A stretch of 64,000 bases of DNA from an uncultured virus (IMG/VR IMGVR_UViG_3300005458_000016) (Duplodnaviria; Heunggongvirae; Uroviricota; Caudoviricetes), in IMG/VR virus record IMGVR_UViG_3300005458_000016; one strand, given 5' to 3'. Each line of letters opens with the position of its first letter. The stretch's first letter is position 1. Below are positions 11,934 to 24,486 of this stretch, piece after piece. Below the pieces are notes generated by a model, which did not search any database, was not told where the DNA came from, and saw only the letters and a list, made by a program, of their open reading frames with translations. Made by a program: the position numbers and the translations under genes.

Positions 11934-12103
11934 CTCAGGAGACCCGCCAGGAGACCCGAGGATAGCTCATACCGGGACCATATCCACGGTGTAACCCATC
12001 CTGGTTTCCAGCATGTCAGCTAGAGCACTAGCCTCCGCACAGGTCCAGGTATCATTCCCGTCCCCGTCAACCCAGGGGATCCCGTCTGCGATGAGCCGGT
12101 ACA

Positions 12104-12875
12104 TCACAGCCACTTTTTCAGTTCAGCCCGATTGGTCTCGGTCAGCTCGAAGGAGGCGAGACGTTCCCCCAGGTTGGTAGCGGGACCGCCTGTGCTCTCG
12201 AAGATGTCGATGAACGGGTTACGCTGCCCGTCGATCTGGCTGAGCGTCAGGACGACCTTCCTGCCCGCCCGGTCTTGTCCGCTGAGTAGTATCATGATTC
12301 CCCTTTCAGGTATTTCCTGGCTAGCTGGAGCCAGTCCACGAGCCCCATCCCGTATTCCAGGATCGTGGAGGCTACGCTGTCATCGTTCCCGGTGGCTTCG
12401 AATGTCGCGGTCATCGACCTGCGCACATACCGCTCCAGCCATTCGGAGAACCGCGCCTCCCCGTATTCTTTCCCGGAGTGCGTGCTGATCACGCGGAAGT
12501 ATTCCACCTGACCGCGTACCGCATCGTGGTGCTTGCGGTTGTTATCAAACCACAGCGCTACCATCGCGGTCAGGTAGTTGGAGTATCCGAGGTGCATGGT
12601 CATCAGTGCTTCACGATCCGGAAGATAGCCAGCAGCCCGCTGGGGACGAGGGTTCCGACCTCGCACAGCCCTTCCAGGTGCATCCGCTGCATGATGACGA
12701 TCGCGATGACCGCGATGAACACGGTTCCCAGCTCGATTTCCACCAGGTGACGCTCAAGCAGGGATTCATCAGCCTTGCGCTGCGTCTCCTCCTCGTGCCA
12801 CGCCTCCCTGATCTCAGTGACCAGATCAGCGCGGATGGCATCAAGGGAGATAGCGTTCGTCTCGTTCTCTTCCAT
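12104..12875 (-). CDS. Three hypothetical genes (12104-12295, 12292-~12603, 12603-12875; the last has one TM helix)
   Basis: Coupled ORFs with SD. Confidence 0.6.
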
Positions 12876-12887
12876 GTGCTTTCCCTC

Positions 12888-13646
12888 CTACAGCATTTCC
12901 ATGTCGATGGCGATAGCCTGAGCGGTTTCGAGCAGGGGCATGTTCCGTAGATGCGCATTCGGGACCTCGTACGTGACCGGGACACCCCGGGGGGCGGTGA
13001 TCCTGCTCACCCATCCCCGCGTGTCGTACATCGAATCCGCGAGCAGCGGTCGGTCCATCGCGGCTTCCTGCAGCGGGGTCCCGTCAGGGAAGCTCACCCC
13101 GGAGACCTCGATCTTCGCGAGGGAGGGAACGTAGTACCGCTCGGAGATAGTACTCCCGTACACGAGCTGCCACAGGTCGTAACAGACACCCACGTCGCTA
13201 CGATTGTCCACACCAGCAGCGCGCATCAGGGCGAGGGTATCACCCAGGGACGGGGCTGAACCCCACGCTACAGGCTCCACAGCCACGGTCAGACCGCATG
13301 TAGCCGCGAACCCCATGAGGTCGGTCAGGTTGCGGGCAGCGTCGTCCAGGGGGAACCCAGCGGCGCACAGCCCTGTCTTGATCATGGTGACCCCGTAGTC
13401 GTTCCGGAGCACCCGCATCGCGTCAATCATGGCAATCCCGGGGACCTCGGACAGGTCGAACCATTCAGCTTCCGGGACCTGCACGTACCTGAGGATGGCA
13501 GGGTCAAGCGGCTCGTTCCACAGGACCCCGATGCTGGGGATGCCAGCGGCGTGGGCTGCTTTCGCCCTTTCGATCGCGGAGAACCTGGGGAGTTTCCCGT
13601 GAGGGTTGCCCGCGAGACTGAGGTAGGAGGCGCACATCTTTGACAT
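12888..13646 (-). CDS. Sugar-phosphate isomerase/epimerase-like TIM-barrel protein (xylose-isomerase-like/AP-endonuclease-2 family)
   Basis: VAVEPVAW, VGVCYDLWQ and TYEVPN metal-site motifs. Confidence 0.7.
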   Translation of the reverse strand: MSKMCASYLSLAGNPHGKLPRFSAIERAKAAHAAGIPSIGVLWNEPLDPAILRYVQVPEAEWFDLSEVPGIAMIDAMRVLRNDYGVTMIKTGLCAAGFPLDDAARNLTDLMGFAATCGLTVAVEPVAWGSAPSLGDTLALMRAAGVDNRSDVGVCYDLWQLVYGSTISERYYVPSLAKIEVSGVSFPDGTPLQEAAMDRPLLADSMYDTRGWVSRITAPRGVPVTYEVPNAHLRNMPLLETAQAIAIDMEML

Positions 13647-13852
13647 TACATTTCAGTTCCGATCCGTGAGATTTTCTTTGTTCTTGCGCGGATTCACCTG
13701 TCAGTGGTTACATGCCCACTGCCTGTAAACCCATGGTCCGAGGAAAACCCGCCAGTTGAACGGGTGACATTCCCGGAAAGTCAGGGACCAGCCCATGACC
13801 ATCCCCGCCTCGATGGCAAGAATGACCGCTGCTATCGTGAGCAGCGTGACGA

Positions 13853-14551
13853 TCACGGGTTGCTCGCGAGGATGTGCCGGGTCCGGGGTGCGGCCTTGGC
13901 GCTCTCGTAGTCATCGAACAGCAGCCCGTTGTCCGCGAGGATGCGGTTCTTCCACGCATCGTGATGCACCGGCTTACCGTCCCAGTACGCGAGGAGGTCG
14001 ATATACCTGGGGGCAACCTCGTCACCCTCATGCATCGTGGGAGGTCCGATCTCCGCGATTTTCTGCCCGAACACCATGAAGTGAATCTCACGGGAACGAC
14101 CTGAATGCGGGTGATCGTGAATGGTAACCCCGGTCACCAGGGTTGCCGTAGCACCCTCGTTGGTGACCGTGCTGTTCCGCCCGTATTCAGCCAGATGCTT
14201 GTTCAGGTTCTCGTACGTCAGAGGGAACGGGGCATCCGCCATATGTAGCGGGTGAGGACCAGGATCGTTCGGGTTGTGCATCAGGGGGGTGATGACCAGG
14301 GTATCCGTGTACCCGCCTTTGACGAGGGGGAACGCCTCGTACCTGTCCCGCACCCACTGGGAGCTGGGAGCGGTCCACAGCGCCACGTGCCCGTGGTCAC
14401 CTTCGTGGTTACCCCAGGAGCGCCACGCCCGGGTGAACTCCCCTGACTCCAGGTAGGGCTTCGCGGCAAGAGCTTCGGATTCGAGGAGCCGCACGATCTG
14501 GTCATGCGGAACCCCTGGGAAGCGGATGTTCATCTGTGCCAGGAATTCCAT
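13853..14551 (-). CDS. Muconolactone delta-isomerase (CatC)-like domain plus C-terminal unknown domain
   Basis: MEFLAQMNIRFP...RAWR...LW...FPL...ITPLMHNPNDP matches the MIase family pattern. Confidence 0.7.
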   Translation of the reverse strand: MEFLAQMNIRFPGVPHDQIVRLLESEALAAKPYLESGEFTRAWRSWGNHEGDHGHVALWTAPSSQWVRDRYEAFPLVKGGYTDTLVITPLMHNPNDPGPHPLHMADAPFPLTYENLNKHLAEYGRNSTVTNEGATATLVTGVTIHDHPHSGRSREIHFMVFGQKIAEIGPPTMHEGDEVAPRYIDLLAYWDGKPVHHDAWKNRILADNGLLFDDYESAKAAPRTRHILASNP

Positions 14552-14720
14552 GTCACATTCCCAGCAGGTAGGCGTTGTACTGCGGGTGACTGCGATCAGT
14601 GATGATCACCCCGTGGGACACGTTCCCGAGGTCGATGATCACCTCGTTACTCTCGTTGGATTCATCCCCGCAGAGGATGTCCGTGAGAATCTCCAGCTCT
14701 TTCTCGTTCATCGTTTCTCC

Positions 14721-15083
14721 TTACTCGAAGATCAGCTCAGGGTCATCCCCGAACTGCCAGTGCATCCCCCGGTCATCGATGTACTTGCGTGCCAGCACCT
14801 TCCGGTTTGTCACCAGCACATACCCACCCAGGAACACAGGGGGAATCTTGTACTGCATCTCGTGATCGGGGTAGCCAAGAACCCCGTGCCTGTAGAGAGC
14901 AGCCGCGACATAGCCCACGTCGTTACAGGTCATCACCGCGACCTGCAATCCACGGGACAGGGCCATTCTCACCGGGGTGAGATCGATGCTCACTCCCGGA
15001 TTGTCACGCCCGACGGGGGCAGCACCCGCTGAGGTGAGTGTCCCGTCCCAGTCGAATGCCAGGTCAAACTGTGATTCGCTCAT
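14721..15083 (-). CDS. HAD-superfamily hydrolase
   Basis: AFDWDGTL (DxDGT) and YIDDRG motifs. Confidence 0.75.
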   Translation of the reverse strand: MSESQFDLAFDWDGTLTSAGAAPVGRDNPGVSIDLTPVRMALSRGLQVAVMTCNDVGYVAAALYRHGVLGYPDHEMQYKIPPVFLGGYVLVTNRKVLARKYIDDRGMHWQFGDDPELIFE

Positions 15084-15829
15084 GGCTGGTGATTCTCCAT
15101 GTACCAGTTGTTGTCATAGCGGGCAGGAGCATTCGCCAGCACATGCCGCCCGATCCGTGCCCCGATCTTCGCAGCCCCGATCGCGGAGGGCTCGATGGTC
15201 AGCTCGTAGTCCTCGGGGGAGGTGAGCAGGGAGCGCAGGTCAATCACGGGGAGATCATGCTCGTCCGCGAAACGGATGATCACGTCATTGAACAGCGAGA
15301 GCGCGGTGAGGATCGCGTCCTTCTCCGCGTCGCTCCAGTCGCAGTCGTAGATGGTGCATACCGTCACGGGGATTCCCAGCTCCAGGATGGGGAGTACCAC
15401 ATCCTCGTAGCTGTACTTGAACATCTCCCGCATGAGCGCCAGCTCGTAGAGGGAATCCACGATCCTCATCTCACGCTTGTCGGTGAGGATCCCCGACTCC
15501 CCCATCGCGTCATTCCCCCCGATGGAGAGGATGATCCGGGTGGCATCGGACGGGATGTCCTTCATCTGCCACCCGAGGGAGCGCGTGGTAGCTCCGTCAA
15601 CTGCCGTGAGGGTGACCTTCCAGTCTTCCCCCAGCTCCTCGTAGACCCGCTGCGCCACGTCCGGGTCATTCTTCGTGTAGTGCTTGCAGTCGAGGATGGA
15701 GTCACCCATCAGGACAACATGCCCCAGGTTCCCGGTCCCGTAGTCCCTCGGGTAATCCAGCCATTCCGGGGGAGTGGTGATCGTCGCGGACCTGCGGTGC
15801 TTACGTCCGCGACGCCTGAACTTGCCCAT
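15080..15829 (-). CDS. SGNH/GDSL hydrolase
   Basis: LMGDSILD, AVDGA, SIGGND blocks; catalytic His position reads IEPS. Confidence 0.85.
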   Translation of the reverse strand: MGKFRRRGRKHRRSATITTPPEWLDYPRDYGTGNLGHVVLMGDSILDCKHYTKNDPDVAQRVYEELGEDWKVTLTAVDGATTRSLGWQMKDIPSDATRIILSIGGNDAMGESGILTDKREMRIVDSLYELALMREMFKYSYEDVVLPILELGIPVTVCTIYDCDWSDAEKDAILTALSLFNDVIIRFADEHDLPVIDLRSLLTSPEDYELTIEPSAIGAAKIGARIGRHVLANAPARYDNNWYMENHQP

Positions 15830-18800
15830 TTCTTATCTCCTCTATGAAGTGGTACCCCATGGCAGCAGTGAGGACAGCACCCACCCACGGGCGTTTCCGT
15901 ACGACTGCTGTTATCGGGGGAATCTTTTCTGTCCGTGCCAGGATCGCGGCAACCTCGTACGAGCAGAGCGTTACCGTGATCCACTTGTTACGGAGTATTG
16001 CTGCGAACATGATCCTTTTCCTTACAGTCCTAGTTCTTTCATTCTTTCGGAGAGGGATTTATGTATCACCTCTGTGACTGGCACGGGACAATGCCCGCAT
16101 CCGCATGGCGGCTCGTGGATGCTCAGCACCAGGCATGCGGGGCAGGGCTGACCAGCGGGAGCATGAAACACCCACTCGATACCTGACTTTTTCCCGTACA
16201 GCCTGCGCAGGGTGCGCCTTAGCCTGAAGCGTCGCATCACTTGCAGCTATGCGAGTTGTGGGTGACCTGCAGGCAGATCACGTGAGTGTCGTGATGGATG
16301 TCATCGATGTGCTCGAAAGCCTGCGCGATCCCGTAGCAGCCCGCGATGATCCCCGCGAACTTGACAATGACCAGCAGCCACAGGAAAAGCTCTTTGGCTG
16401 ATTTCCAGAATGTCATGTTTCCCTCCTGGGTAGGGGTGAGCAGGAGTAGGCGCGCAGAGTCGCCTCGTTCTTAAATCCCAGCCTGACTGTCAAGCACAAA
16501 CCCGACAGCTATGACCTCGCCCGCTCGGTATGCAACGTTCTGCACGTGCCGGGCTGGGATCTCCCGCTCACCCCTGGCTTATCAGAGCGCTATCGCCAGG
16601 GCGATAAGCCCGAACATGATGAACAGACCCGCGAAGAACGCGCCCTGTCCGGGGGTGACCCTCCGGAACGAGTTGCGGGGGATCGTGTACAGCTTGCTTT
16701 TCATCGTCACTCCTAACTGACGCAGTGATCCGTGATCCCGTGAGCCATCCACCGGAACCTGCGGAAGATCCCGTGGAATCTCCGGGAACACTCAGGGCAG
16801 GTCACGGGCGTGCCGTGGGGCGTCCCACCCCGGGGACGAGTTCTGCCAGCTCCGACTCGGGAACCCGGATGACCTGGTACGGGGTCTGGTTCTCGTAGTA
16901 CTGCCTGGCGCTGCTCTGGGTGAACCCGTTCCGGCGCATCCACTTCCCGAACTTCTCCCGGAGCTGCTCCTCGGTCAGCTCGGTCACGAGGATCCCCGTG
17001 AGATCCACGTAGAACTGGTTCTGCTTGGGGGTCTCCGGGACGTACGGGGGGAGACCCGCGTAGGACAGGAATTCGTTCGCCTTCTGCAGGGAGAACACGT
17101 CGGTCCGGTCGTTCGCATACTTGAGGATGCGACCACGGATGTCCCGCAGGTCCATCCCGCGAGACTCGTCCGTGTGATACGCGGGGATGACCTCCATGTG
17201 CCCGTCATACCCGGAGTACCACCCGCTGGCGTCCGGGTCCCAGTGGAACGAGCGGGTGAGCGGGGAGACCGTCAGGTACAGGTCGGTGCACCAGTGGTTG
17301 TCCTGCCGCCACATCTCGAACGCATCCAGCAGCTTCTCCAGCACTGTCCGGTACTGCTCCTCGGAGACGCCACCAGAGATGTCCAGGGTCTGCGTCATTT
17401 TCTTTTCCCTTCCTTCAGAAATCCCGTGAACCGTTCACGGTGACCTCACCTCAGCTCCGGGTTACGCTGCACTCAGGGGTCCCGGAGCTGGGTCAGGTCA
17501 CTTGGCGGTGGTGAGGACCACGCCCTGCCCGTCGAACCGGGCATCCACGACGCGCCGGGTCTTCCCGGTGCGGGTGATGACGGTCACCTCGACGTTCCCG
17601 TGGGAGGTGACGGACATGCTGCTGTCTCCGCCCGCCTGACGGACGATCTGCTCCACGGTGAGGGTGCTGGTGTCGCTGTCGCCCCCGGTACGGAGGACCA
17701 GGCGCGACCCGAAGCCAGCCCCGGTCACGGCGCGGACCTTCCCGCTGGGGGTGACGACCCGCACCGGGTACTGAGCAGCGCTCTGCATCGTCGCGTACCG
17801 GTCTCCCGCAGCGGTCGCGACCTGCTGTACGGTCATGGTGCTCATTTTCTGTTCTCCTTCGATTTAACCGCTCTCGCGTTCTGGGTACGGTACCCATAAC
17901 ACCGTGTCCCTGTTTCCCGGGACACGATGTTAACGGTACGTGTCCCTTCGTTTCCTCCAGCTCCACCACATTCCCGCGAGCGATACCCATATCGCGAGGA
18001 TTGCCAGGGAGATCACGAGTGCCATTACGGTCCCGTCGTGCTGGTCACCGGGATATCGGTCACGGTGCACGTGTTCAGCACCGGGTTGCAGTCGTAGCTC
18101 TGCACGGTCTGATGTGTCCCCGCGTACCATCCGATGACCGCGATGACGAGGATGACCAGCCCTATCACCCTCGCCGCGATGATCCCGCTGGACGCGGGGG
18201 ATTTCTGCTGTACGGACATCATTCCTCCGGATAGGACACATCGAACCACGCCCCGTGCAGCGCGGTATGCTCAAGCGCCTCCGGGGTGGTTGCGGTGGAT
18301 GACGAGGTTTCCGGGTCGTTCGTGTGGGCCACCTTCTCGTCATAGGTGAGCCCTTCCGCGATAACCTCATCGCCCTTGTTCTCGTCCGCGTACTTGCGGA
18401 CGATCTTGTACAGGTACGTGCTCACATTTCCTCCCTGATCATTCCTGCTACCTTGAGTGCCACCTGGACAGGCAGGTAGATGTCCAGGTGAACCGAATCC
18501 GAGGATGCCCGCCAGGTCCCGTGAGGATGGGCATTGATCTCCGTACTGCCCCGGGGGTCAGCCCCCAGCACAGCCCCGAGTGCTATCGCAACCGCGTGAG
18601 CCTCATTATCGGCATCCTCATAAGCCTTGATCGCGGCTACCTGCCGTGCCACCTTCGCCGCGTAATCCTGTCCCACCAGGATCCTGCGGTTAATCTCCCT
18701 GGCGAACGCCTCCGCTCCCCGGGTCTCCCCGATGTAGATGGGACGAGTCTTGTTCTCCTCACGCTCCCCCACGTTGCGGTCACTGGGGATCTGCGGGGAT

Positions 18801-21800
18801 ATCCGCACCATCCCGGGACGATATCCCCACCCTGTCTGCGCGGACAGGAACAGGCTCATGTCCCCGCTAACCAGGAACGCTCCGACTGTGTGCTCCTCCC
18901 ATCTCGCGGACCATTCCCCAGGGAGATGGGTGGCGATTGCGGTTGCCAGCATCCGGACTTGATTCCTGTTCACCATTCCTCCGATGAGCACATGAGATCA
19001 CCGTAGGTCATCTCGTTGTCTTCCGAATCCCAGGGGATGTCGATCGTGTCATTCCCCGATTCGATGCTTGCGCAGAAATCCGTGATTGACTGGAAATCTG
19101 CGGCGTGCGTATCCAGCCACGACTGCACGGATTCACGGGTGATCCTGCCTTCCCCGTGCATGCGGATGGTGTCCACGTCGTGATTGGTCAGCGTGAGCTG
19201 GCTTGCGGCGGGTACCGGGGGCATCCAGATCACCCCGAGTACATCAATCAAAGACGTTCTCATGGTGTACCTCATGTCATCACCCCAGGATTCCTGTGCA
19301 GTCATTACAGGTGATCTCACGCTGATGGATCACGTAGGGTCCCGCTTCATCCGAGGACACCCCGGTAGCTGCACCGCAGACCGGGGTCTCCCGCCACAGT
19401 GGACGATCCTCGGACAGCTCACCGAGGTCGATGGCATGCACGACACCATTGTCATGCTCAACCCCGTCATATCCTTGCGGCGTTCTCACTTCAGCATCCT
19501 TTCCGGGACCTGTATCCAGTTCCCGTGCTCACACACTTCCCCATCTTGACTGAGGAACCGGTTGACCACGATGTTTTCCCGCTGATGCTCGCAGGCTTCC
19601 GGACCGCACGCCGCGATCACTCCGCACTGCGCACAGTACGCGTTGTAATCCGGGGAATCAATGTCACTGCGACCCTCGTACTTGAGTCCGCGTTCACGAT
19701 CGTAATCGAGGTGACACGAATTCGAGCACAGCGGGATGATATCTACCAGGTCACCGTTGCTCGCGTTTATCGCATGGCAGTGCATCACTCATCACCTGCG
19801 AATTCAGACAGCCTGTCGTTCTGATCCTCGGGGACATACCCCTCGGTCAGGAACCCCGCGACGATACGCGCTGCCTGCTCATGCGTCTTAGCGGTCCCGG
19901 TATACAGGTCCGCTCCGAACATCACAGGCTTCCCGTCACATGTCGCGTTGTACTCCCACAGACCTTCGTAGGATTCCCCGAGGGTGCCGCCTCCCACCTT
20001 GGACACGCTGATCGTGATCCTCGGTTCCGAGAATTCCGGGAGCAGCATCTTGGGGACTATGACGGTGTATTCGTAATCGCTCATGTTCCCTCCTTACAGG
20101 TTCACGTTGTGGGGGATAATGTCTGACTGTCCCTCCACCTGGCGGATACGCTGCGTCATCCTGAGGGCGAGTGTCTCGTCACTCACCGATGGATAGAGGA
20201 TCTTGTAGATGCTGGGAAGCTCACCCATGAGCTGCCGTCGCTGCTCACTCGTCATGTGCGTGAGCATCCACATGATGAGCATGTCCTTCTCGTGACTGAC
20301 CAGCTTGCGCATGTCAGACCTCCATCCATTCACTCTGCAGCGTGTCCCCGTCCGATTCGGTATACTGCCACCGTGACAGGTCCACCGCGTACAGGGAATT
20401 GTCATACTCAGGGGATTCCAGTGCCACGTTCGCCTCGGAGAGCAGTTCTTCGAGGCGTTCCGTCATCGACTCCCACGCGTCGAAGCTGTTCCCGGGAAGC
20501 TGCCAGATGCGTTCCGCAGCATCGAACCACCGTAGTGGAGGCATCATTGCGTTCCCCGTGACCCACGCGATAGGGTCACCCCCGGAGTTACGGGCAGCCT
20601 CGATGATCTCCCGTGCGATCTCGCTAGCGGCTCGCTTGGCTGTGTTCCGTGTCATGATCACTCCTTTCGAGGGTGACTCTAGTACGTGTTGCCGTGCTTG
20701 TCTAGACGGTGGGGAGAATGTCCTCCGGAGAGCAGATGAACGAGGGACACTTGTCCTGGGTGAACGAGCAGCCGCAGCGGGTGCATGTCTTGATAGGGAG
20801 CCCCTGATATTCCAGACCTGTATCCCAGGAGGCCACCCCGAACCATCGCAGCCACCCCTTACGGGACCGCCATCTGAGGATCTTCATCACCGCACCAGCA
20901 TCATGCGGGACAGGTTCGTGTACCCGCTGGAACGCCTGCGGACGCGTGCCAGATGCGCAGGCACCGGGACATCAGCCTTCGGGACCTTGCGGTTGAACCG
21001 CGTGCTGCGGAGCTTCGGGGGAGTCTCGCGGAATTCCCGCTGGGGGCGCGACTCCGTGACGATGGACAGGTCATCCACCGGGAGAGCGCGGACCTGCCCG
21101 GTGTTGTCCATCTTGACGTGGACCAGCTTCCTTGCGGGGTGATCCACTGTCCCGTGCGTCTTGTGCTTCGCGGAGTAGACGCGGGTCCCGTCCGGGAAAT
21201 CGGAGAGTTTCACTGGCTCATCCTTTCGTAGAACTGAATGCACTTGTCACACGCGGGGATGATCCCCACGGGACCGCAGTCGATGGTGCCCGTTGCGAGG
21301 ACACCTTCGTGGTTGTGCCGTGCCGAGTACTGGCATAGCTCGTTCACTAGTGGTACCTCCTGCGCGACTCATCCCCGATGACCTCCGGGGGGTTCTTGTC
21401 GAAGTCGATAACCCCGGGGAGGTACCCGAACCCGTGGTAATTGCCCGTCTCCATCAGGATGGTTTCGAGGAGACTCGCCACCATCAGGCGACTGTCCGGG
21501 GATACGTCATCCGCTGAGCGTTCCAGCATCCCGTTGACGAGTTCTTTCACCCGTTCCACCGGGATTGTCTTACGCGGCATGTTTCCCTCCTTTAGCTGGG
21601 ACGACCGGGGACGATGTGCCAGGCTCCCCCGTAGTAGTCCACGTTGCAGGAGTCTTCCGTGGGACAGGCAACGGATGTCACCTGACTGCGGGTGACTTGC
21701 GCTATCGCGTATCCCAGGGTGACCCCCAGAATTCCCGCGATAAGCGCCACGATCACGATCTTCTTCATCACTTCTCCTTAACGAACCGCCATAGTCCGCT

Positions 21801-22000
21801 GACATACCGGAATTTGTACATGGCTCCGCTACCGTCCCGCGTATTCACCCACAGCGGGTGACCTTCGGAGTGACCGCCGCGCCCGTAGTTGCGGAGCCAG
21901 TTCTCGATGGCGGCATCACTCAGCCACGTACGCTCCCGGAGGAGTATCGCAGCGGTAGCAGGGAACAGGTTCATTCTTCCTCCTCGGATATGGCATATGC
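15801..22000 (-). CDS. Long run of small early hypothetical genes (e.g. 16802-17398, 17498-17845, 18219-18425, 18422-~18976, 18970-~19275, 19280-19489, 19486-19788, 19785-20084, 20887-21243, 21347-~21580)
   Basis: Tightly coupled minus-strand ORFs with GAAGG/GGAG SDs. Confidence 0.65.
20676..20704 (-). promoter_or_regulatory. Sigma-A-like leftward promoter
   Basis: TAGACA-17 nt-TAGAGT on the minus strand. Confidence 0.65.
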
Positions 22001-22139
22001 GAATCGGGGAATGCGGAGAGTACCCGTGGGGGGTTTCTGTGACTACTCTCCACAAACCTCACATTCATTTATGCCTCATCGGCTAATCAGAGTCGGATCA
22101 GGTATAGGCACCTTTGGCTAGCTGTGCACCGCGATATCC

Positions 22140-22820
22140 TCCTTTCCGTGATACCAGGAATGGCGAGAGTAATTGACTCTCGCCAAACCTAGGACAACGG
22201 ACCGGGCAACCTAGCTATAAACCCGCTAGCAGGGAACACTCTCATTCCCGGTTAATAATCAAGGAATGAGAGATCACCGTGTTACATCAGGATAAATAAC
22301 TCACCGCTATTTCCCTTTCTCTTAGAGTCAGATATCCCGTAAGATGGCTGAATCGCGTGGGGATCACGATGAATCACGATGCACTACCGCACAGAGGTGA
22401 TGTCACGGATCGTTCAGGCAAAGCGATTAAAGCCATTGTCTTACGGGATGTCTCACCCTAAGAGTGAGCGGACTCGCGAACGCACGGTCTTCCATCCTTA
22501 CCCGGTAGGGATGCGCATCCCGCGCTACTCCCCTTTGCGTTCCAGCCCTCTGGGGACGGTTCCAGCTTGCCAGCCGCGTATTACCGCTGGCTTTCCGGGA
22601 ATTCCGCCAGAGCGTATGTGCCCTGGAGTCTCGCTTTCCGGAACAATGGTTTCACGGTTAATCTTCATTCTTAAGACGAGTGTTATCCGTGATCACACGT
22701 CATACTCCCGGATCGCTTGCGCCGGTAGGTTGGCGGCTGTCCGGGTCTTGGCTCGCATATCTGCTTGCCATTAACTGAGAACAGACGGTAAGCCCCTGAC
22801 TGCTAGTCAGAGGCTATGTT
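22140..22820 (-). other. Non-coding, hairpin-rich region
   Basis: Long imperfect helices such as 22319-22356/22424-22464, GGCGAGAGT-AATTG-ACTCTCGCC and CTCTCATTCC...GGAATGAGAG; no convincing ORF. Confidence 0.55.
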
Positions 22821-22913
22821 CGAAACCGCATCATGATTCCTGACTGAATAGTCGTGAACATATGATGACTAATCTCAGATGCATGCAAACCGCAGACTGC
22901 CTAGACGTGGTTG

Positions 22914-23171
22914 TTACTCTGTCAGGTCCGACTTGTGGATCACCAGGGAGAGATACCGTACCCCGACTAGCCCGGGGGTACGGGACGGTTCCAGTTGCCC
23001 GGAACCCCGCCCGATCTTCAGACGTGGCTCGGCAACCGCCATGATCGCGTCATAGATCTTCTCGGTGTACTCGGGGTGACCTTCCAGCGTGATCGTGCAG
23101 AAAGTGTCACTATCGGGCACCGTGAGAGATACGGGTGAACGCTCTTCACGATTACTGTTACGAGGAGGCAT
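22914..23171 (-). CDS. Hypothetical protein (85 aa) inside stem 1
   Basis: ATG with CAGGAAA SD; ORF fits between the arms. Confidence 0.7.
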   Translation of the reverse strand: MPPRNSNREERSPVSLTVPDSDTFCTITLEGHPEYTEKIYDAIMAVAEPRLKIGRGSGQLEPSRTPGLVGVRYLSLVIHKSDLTE

Positions 23172-23259
23172 TGTTTCCTGCCTATCCCTAGGCAGCCTGC
23201 GGAATGCATGCACCGTTGAACACACATGCTGTACGCGCTTAGGTGACGGATGATCTCAG

Positions 23260-23508
23260 CTAGTTGTTACGGTAGTGGTTCACTACCCGCAGCACGGAAA
23301 GCTGGAAGTTGACGGTACCCTCACCCGTGCTCAGGGAAACCCCGTCACGGGTGAGACAGGCGTAACGCCCGTTCTTCTTGTGCAGAACGTAACCCACGAT
23401 CATGTGGTTGACCGTGACCTCAAACATCTCCTCGCTTATCGCGGAAACCCCGAAAGCGTAGGGAGCGTTCATAGCCAACCCGGATATCTTGTATTCCTCA
23501 CCATGCAT
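23260..23508 (-). CDS. Hypothetical protein (82 aa) inside stem 2
   Basis: AAGGAGA SD; ORF fits between the arms. Confidence 0.75.
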   Translation of the reverse strand: MHGEEYKISGLAMNAPYAFGVSAISEEMFEVTVNHMIVGYVLHKKNGRYACLTRDGVSLSTGEGTVNFQLSVLRVVNHYRNN

Positions 23509-23750
23509 GATGTCTCCTTAAAGAGACATCCGTCACCTAAGTACGTACAGCATGTGCTTTTGCCCGTGAGTGCCTATGGAAGACACGGTTTACGTTGGGT
23601 CACTGTGCTTTGGGCGGCTACCATAGCTCAACCGAGAGTTAGTGCTCACGCCTACTCACTACCGTATACAAGCGTATTACCGTGCCTTTCAAAGGCACTC
23701 ACAGGCAAGAATGCATGTGCTCTCATTTGATCCCACGGGAATGCGGGTTG

Positions 23751-24110
23751 TTACTTGTCGTTGTTCTTCGGGTTGACCAGCTGGGGGTTGTTCGTGTCCC
23801 CGACCGTCGCCTTCCGCATGAGCGTGAGCGACAGGGTGTTCGTCCTGTCGATGCGCTCGAACTGGGCGTTGGCGCGGATGACCGTCTTGCCCGTGGACGA
23901 GACGTGCATGTCCTGGGCGCGCAGCGCCACGAGGATCACGTCGCTGGGGAGGTCTTCGGGCTCCAAGATCGCGTAGTGTCCCGTGTCCCACTCGTCATCG
24001 CTGGGGAGCGTGACGGCGAGGACCGTGGGAGCCTGCACGGGCGGGGGAGTCTTGACCTGACTCCCGTTGCTGCGACCCGTGCGACCGTTGTTACCTGACT
24101 GCTGTGCCAT
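23751..24110 (-). CDS. Hypothetical protein (119 aa) inside stem 4
   Basis: AAGGA SD, high GC3 codon bias. Confidence 0.75.
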   Translation of the reverse strand: MAQQSGNNGRTGRSNGSQVKTPPPVQAPTVLAVTLPSDDEWDTGHYAILEPEDLPSDVILVALRAQDMHVSSTGKTVIRANAQFERIDRTNTLSLTLMRKATVGDTNNPQLVNPKNNDK

Positions 24111-24228
24111 GGGATTGTCCTTATCCTTGAGTTTCTGTTCTTGTGGTAGTGGATATCCCATGGGACCAAAAGAGAGCACATGCACCCTGTGAATGCATGC
24201 ATGCACGCTAACCTACCGGGAGTGGTTG

Positions 24229-24486
24229 TCACTTACTGGCGACTAGTTCAATCAGGTCCGATAGTGCCACGATCCCGGGGGTAACCGGGAGATGTTCCGG
24301 GGCGTGATGCTTCCCGATGCGTTCGATCCGGAATTCCGCAGGGAATCCCGAATTGGTCGTGATGACCTTGAATCCGTGATACCCGTTGGAATTCCCGTGT
24401 ATAAGCGCTTCCGCGATCATTCCCGCAATAACGCTGTGCCCTACGTTCTCACTGAGCAGGTACTGATACACGCTACTCTCAAGCAT
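24229..24486 (-). CDS. Hypothetical protein (85 aa) inside stem 5
   Basis: AAGGGAG SD; ORF fits between the arms. Confidence 0.7.
   Translation of the reverse strand: MLESSVYQYLLSENVGHSVIAGMIAEALIHGNSNGYHGFKVITTNSGFPAEFRIERIGKHHAPEHLPVTPGIVALSDLIELVASK

Noticed and set aside
11720..11960. Hammerhead ribozyme or cobalamin riboswitch (CTGATG; CAGGAGACCCGCC)
   Set aside because: CUGANGA is not matched (CTGATGC), and the B12-box and other conserved cobalamin elements are not in the right order.
16470..16494. Leftward promoters at TTGACA (16488-93; also 11574-79)
   Set aside because: Perfect -35 hexamers, but no TAnnnT -10 at 16-18 nt spacing.
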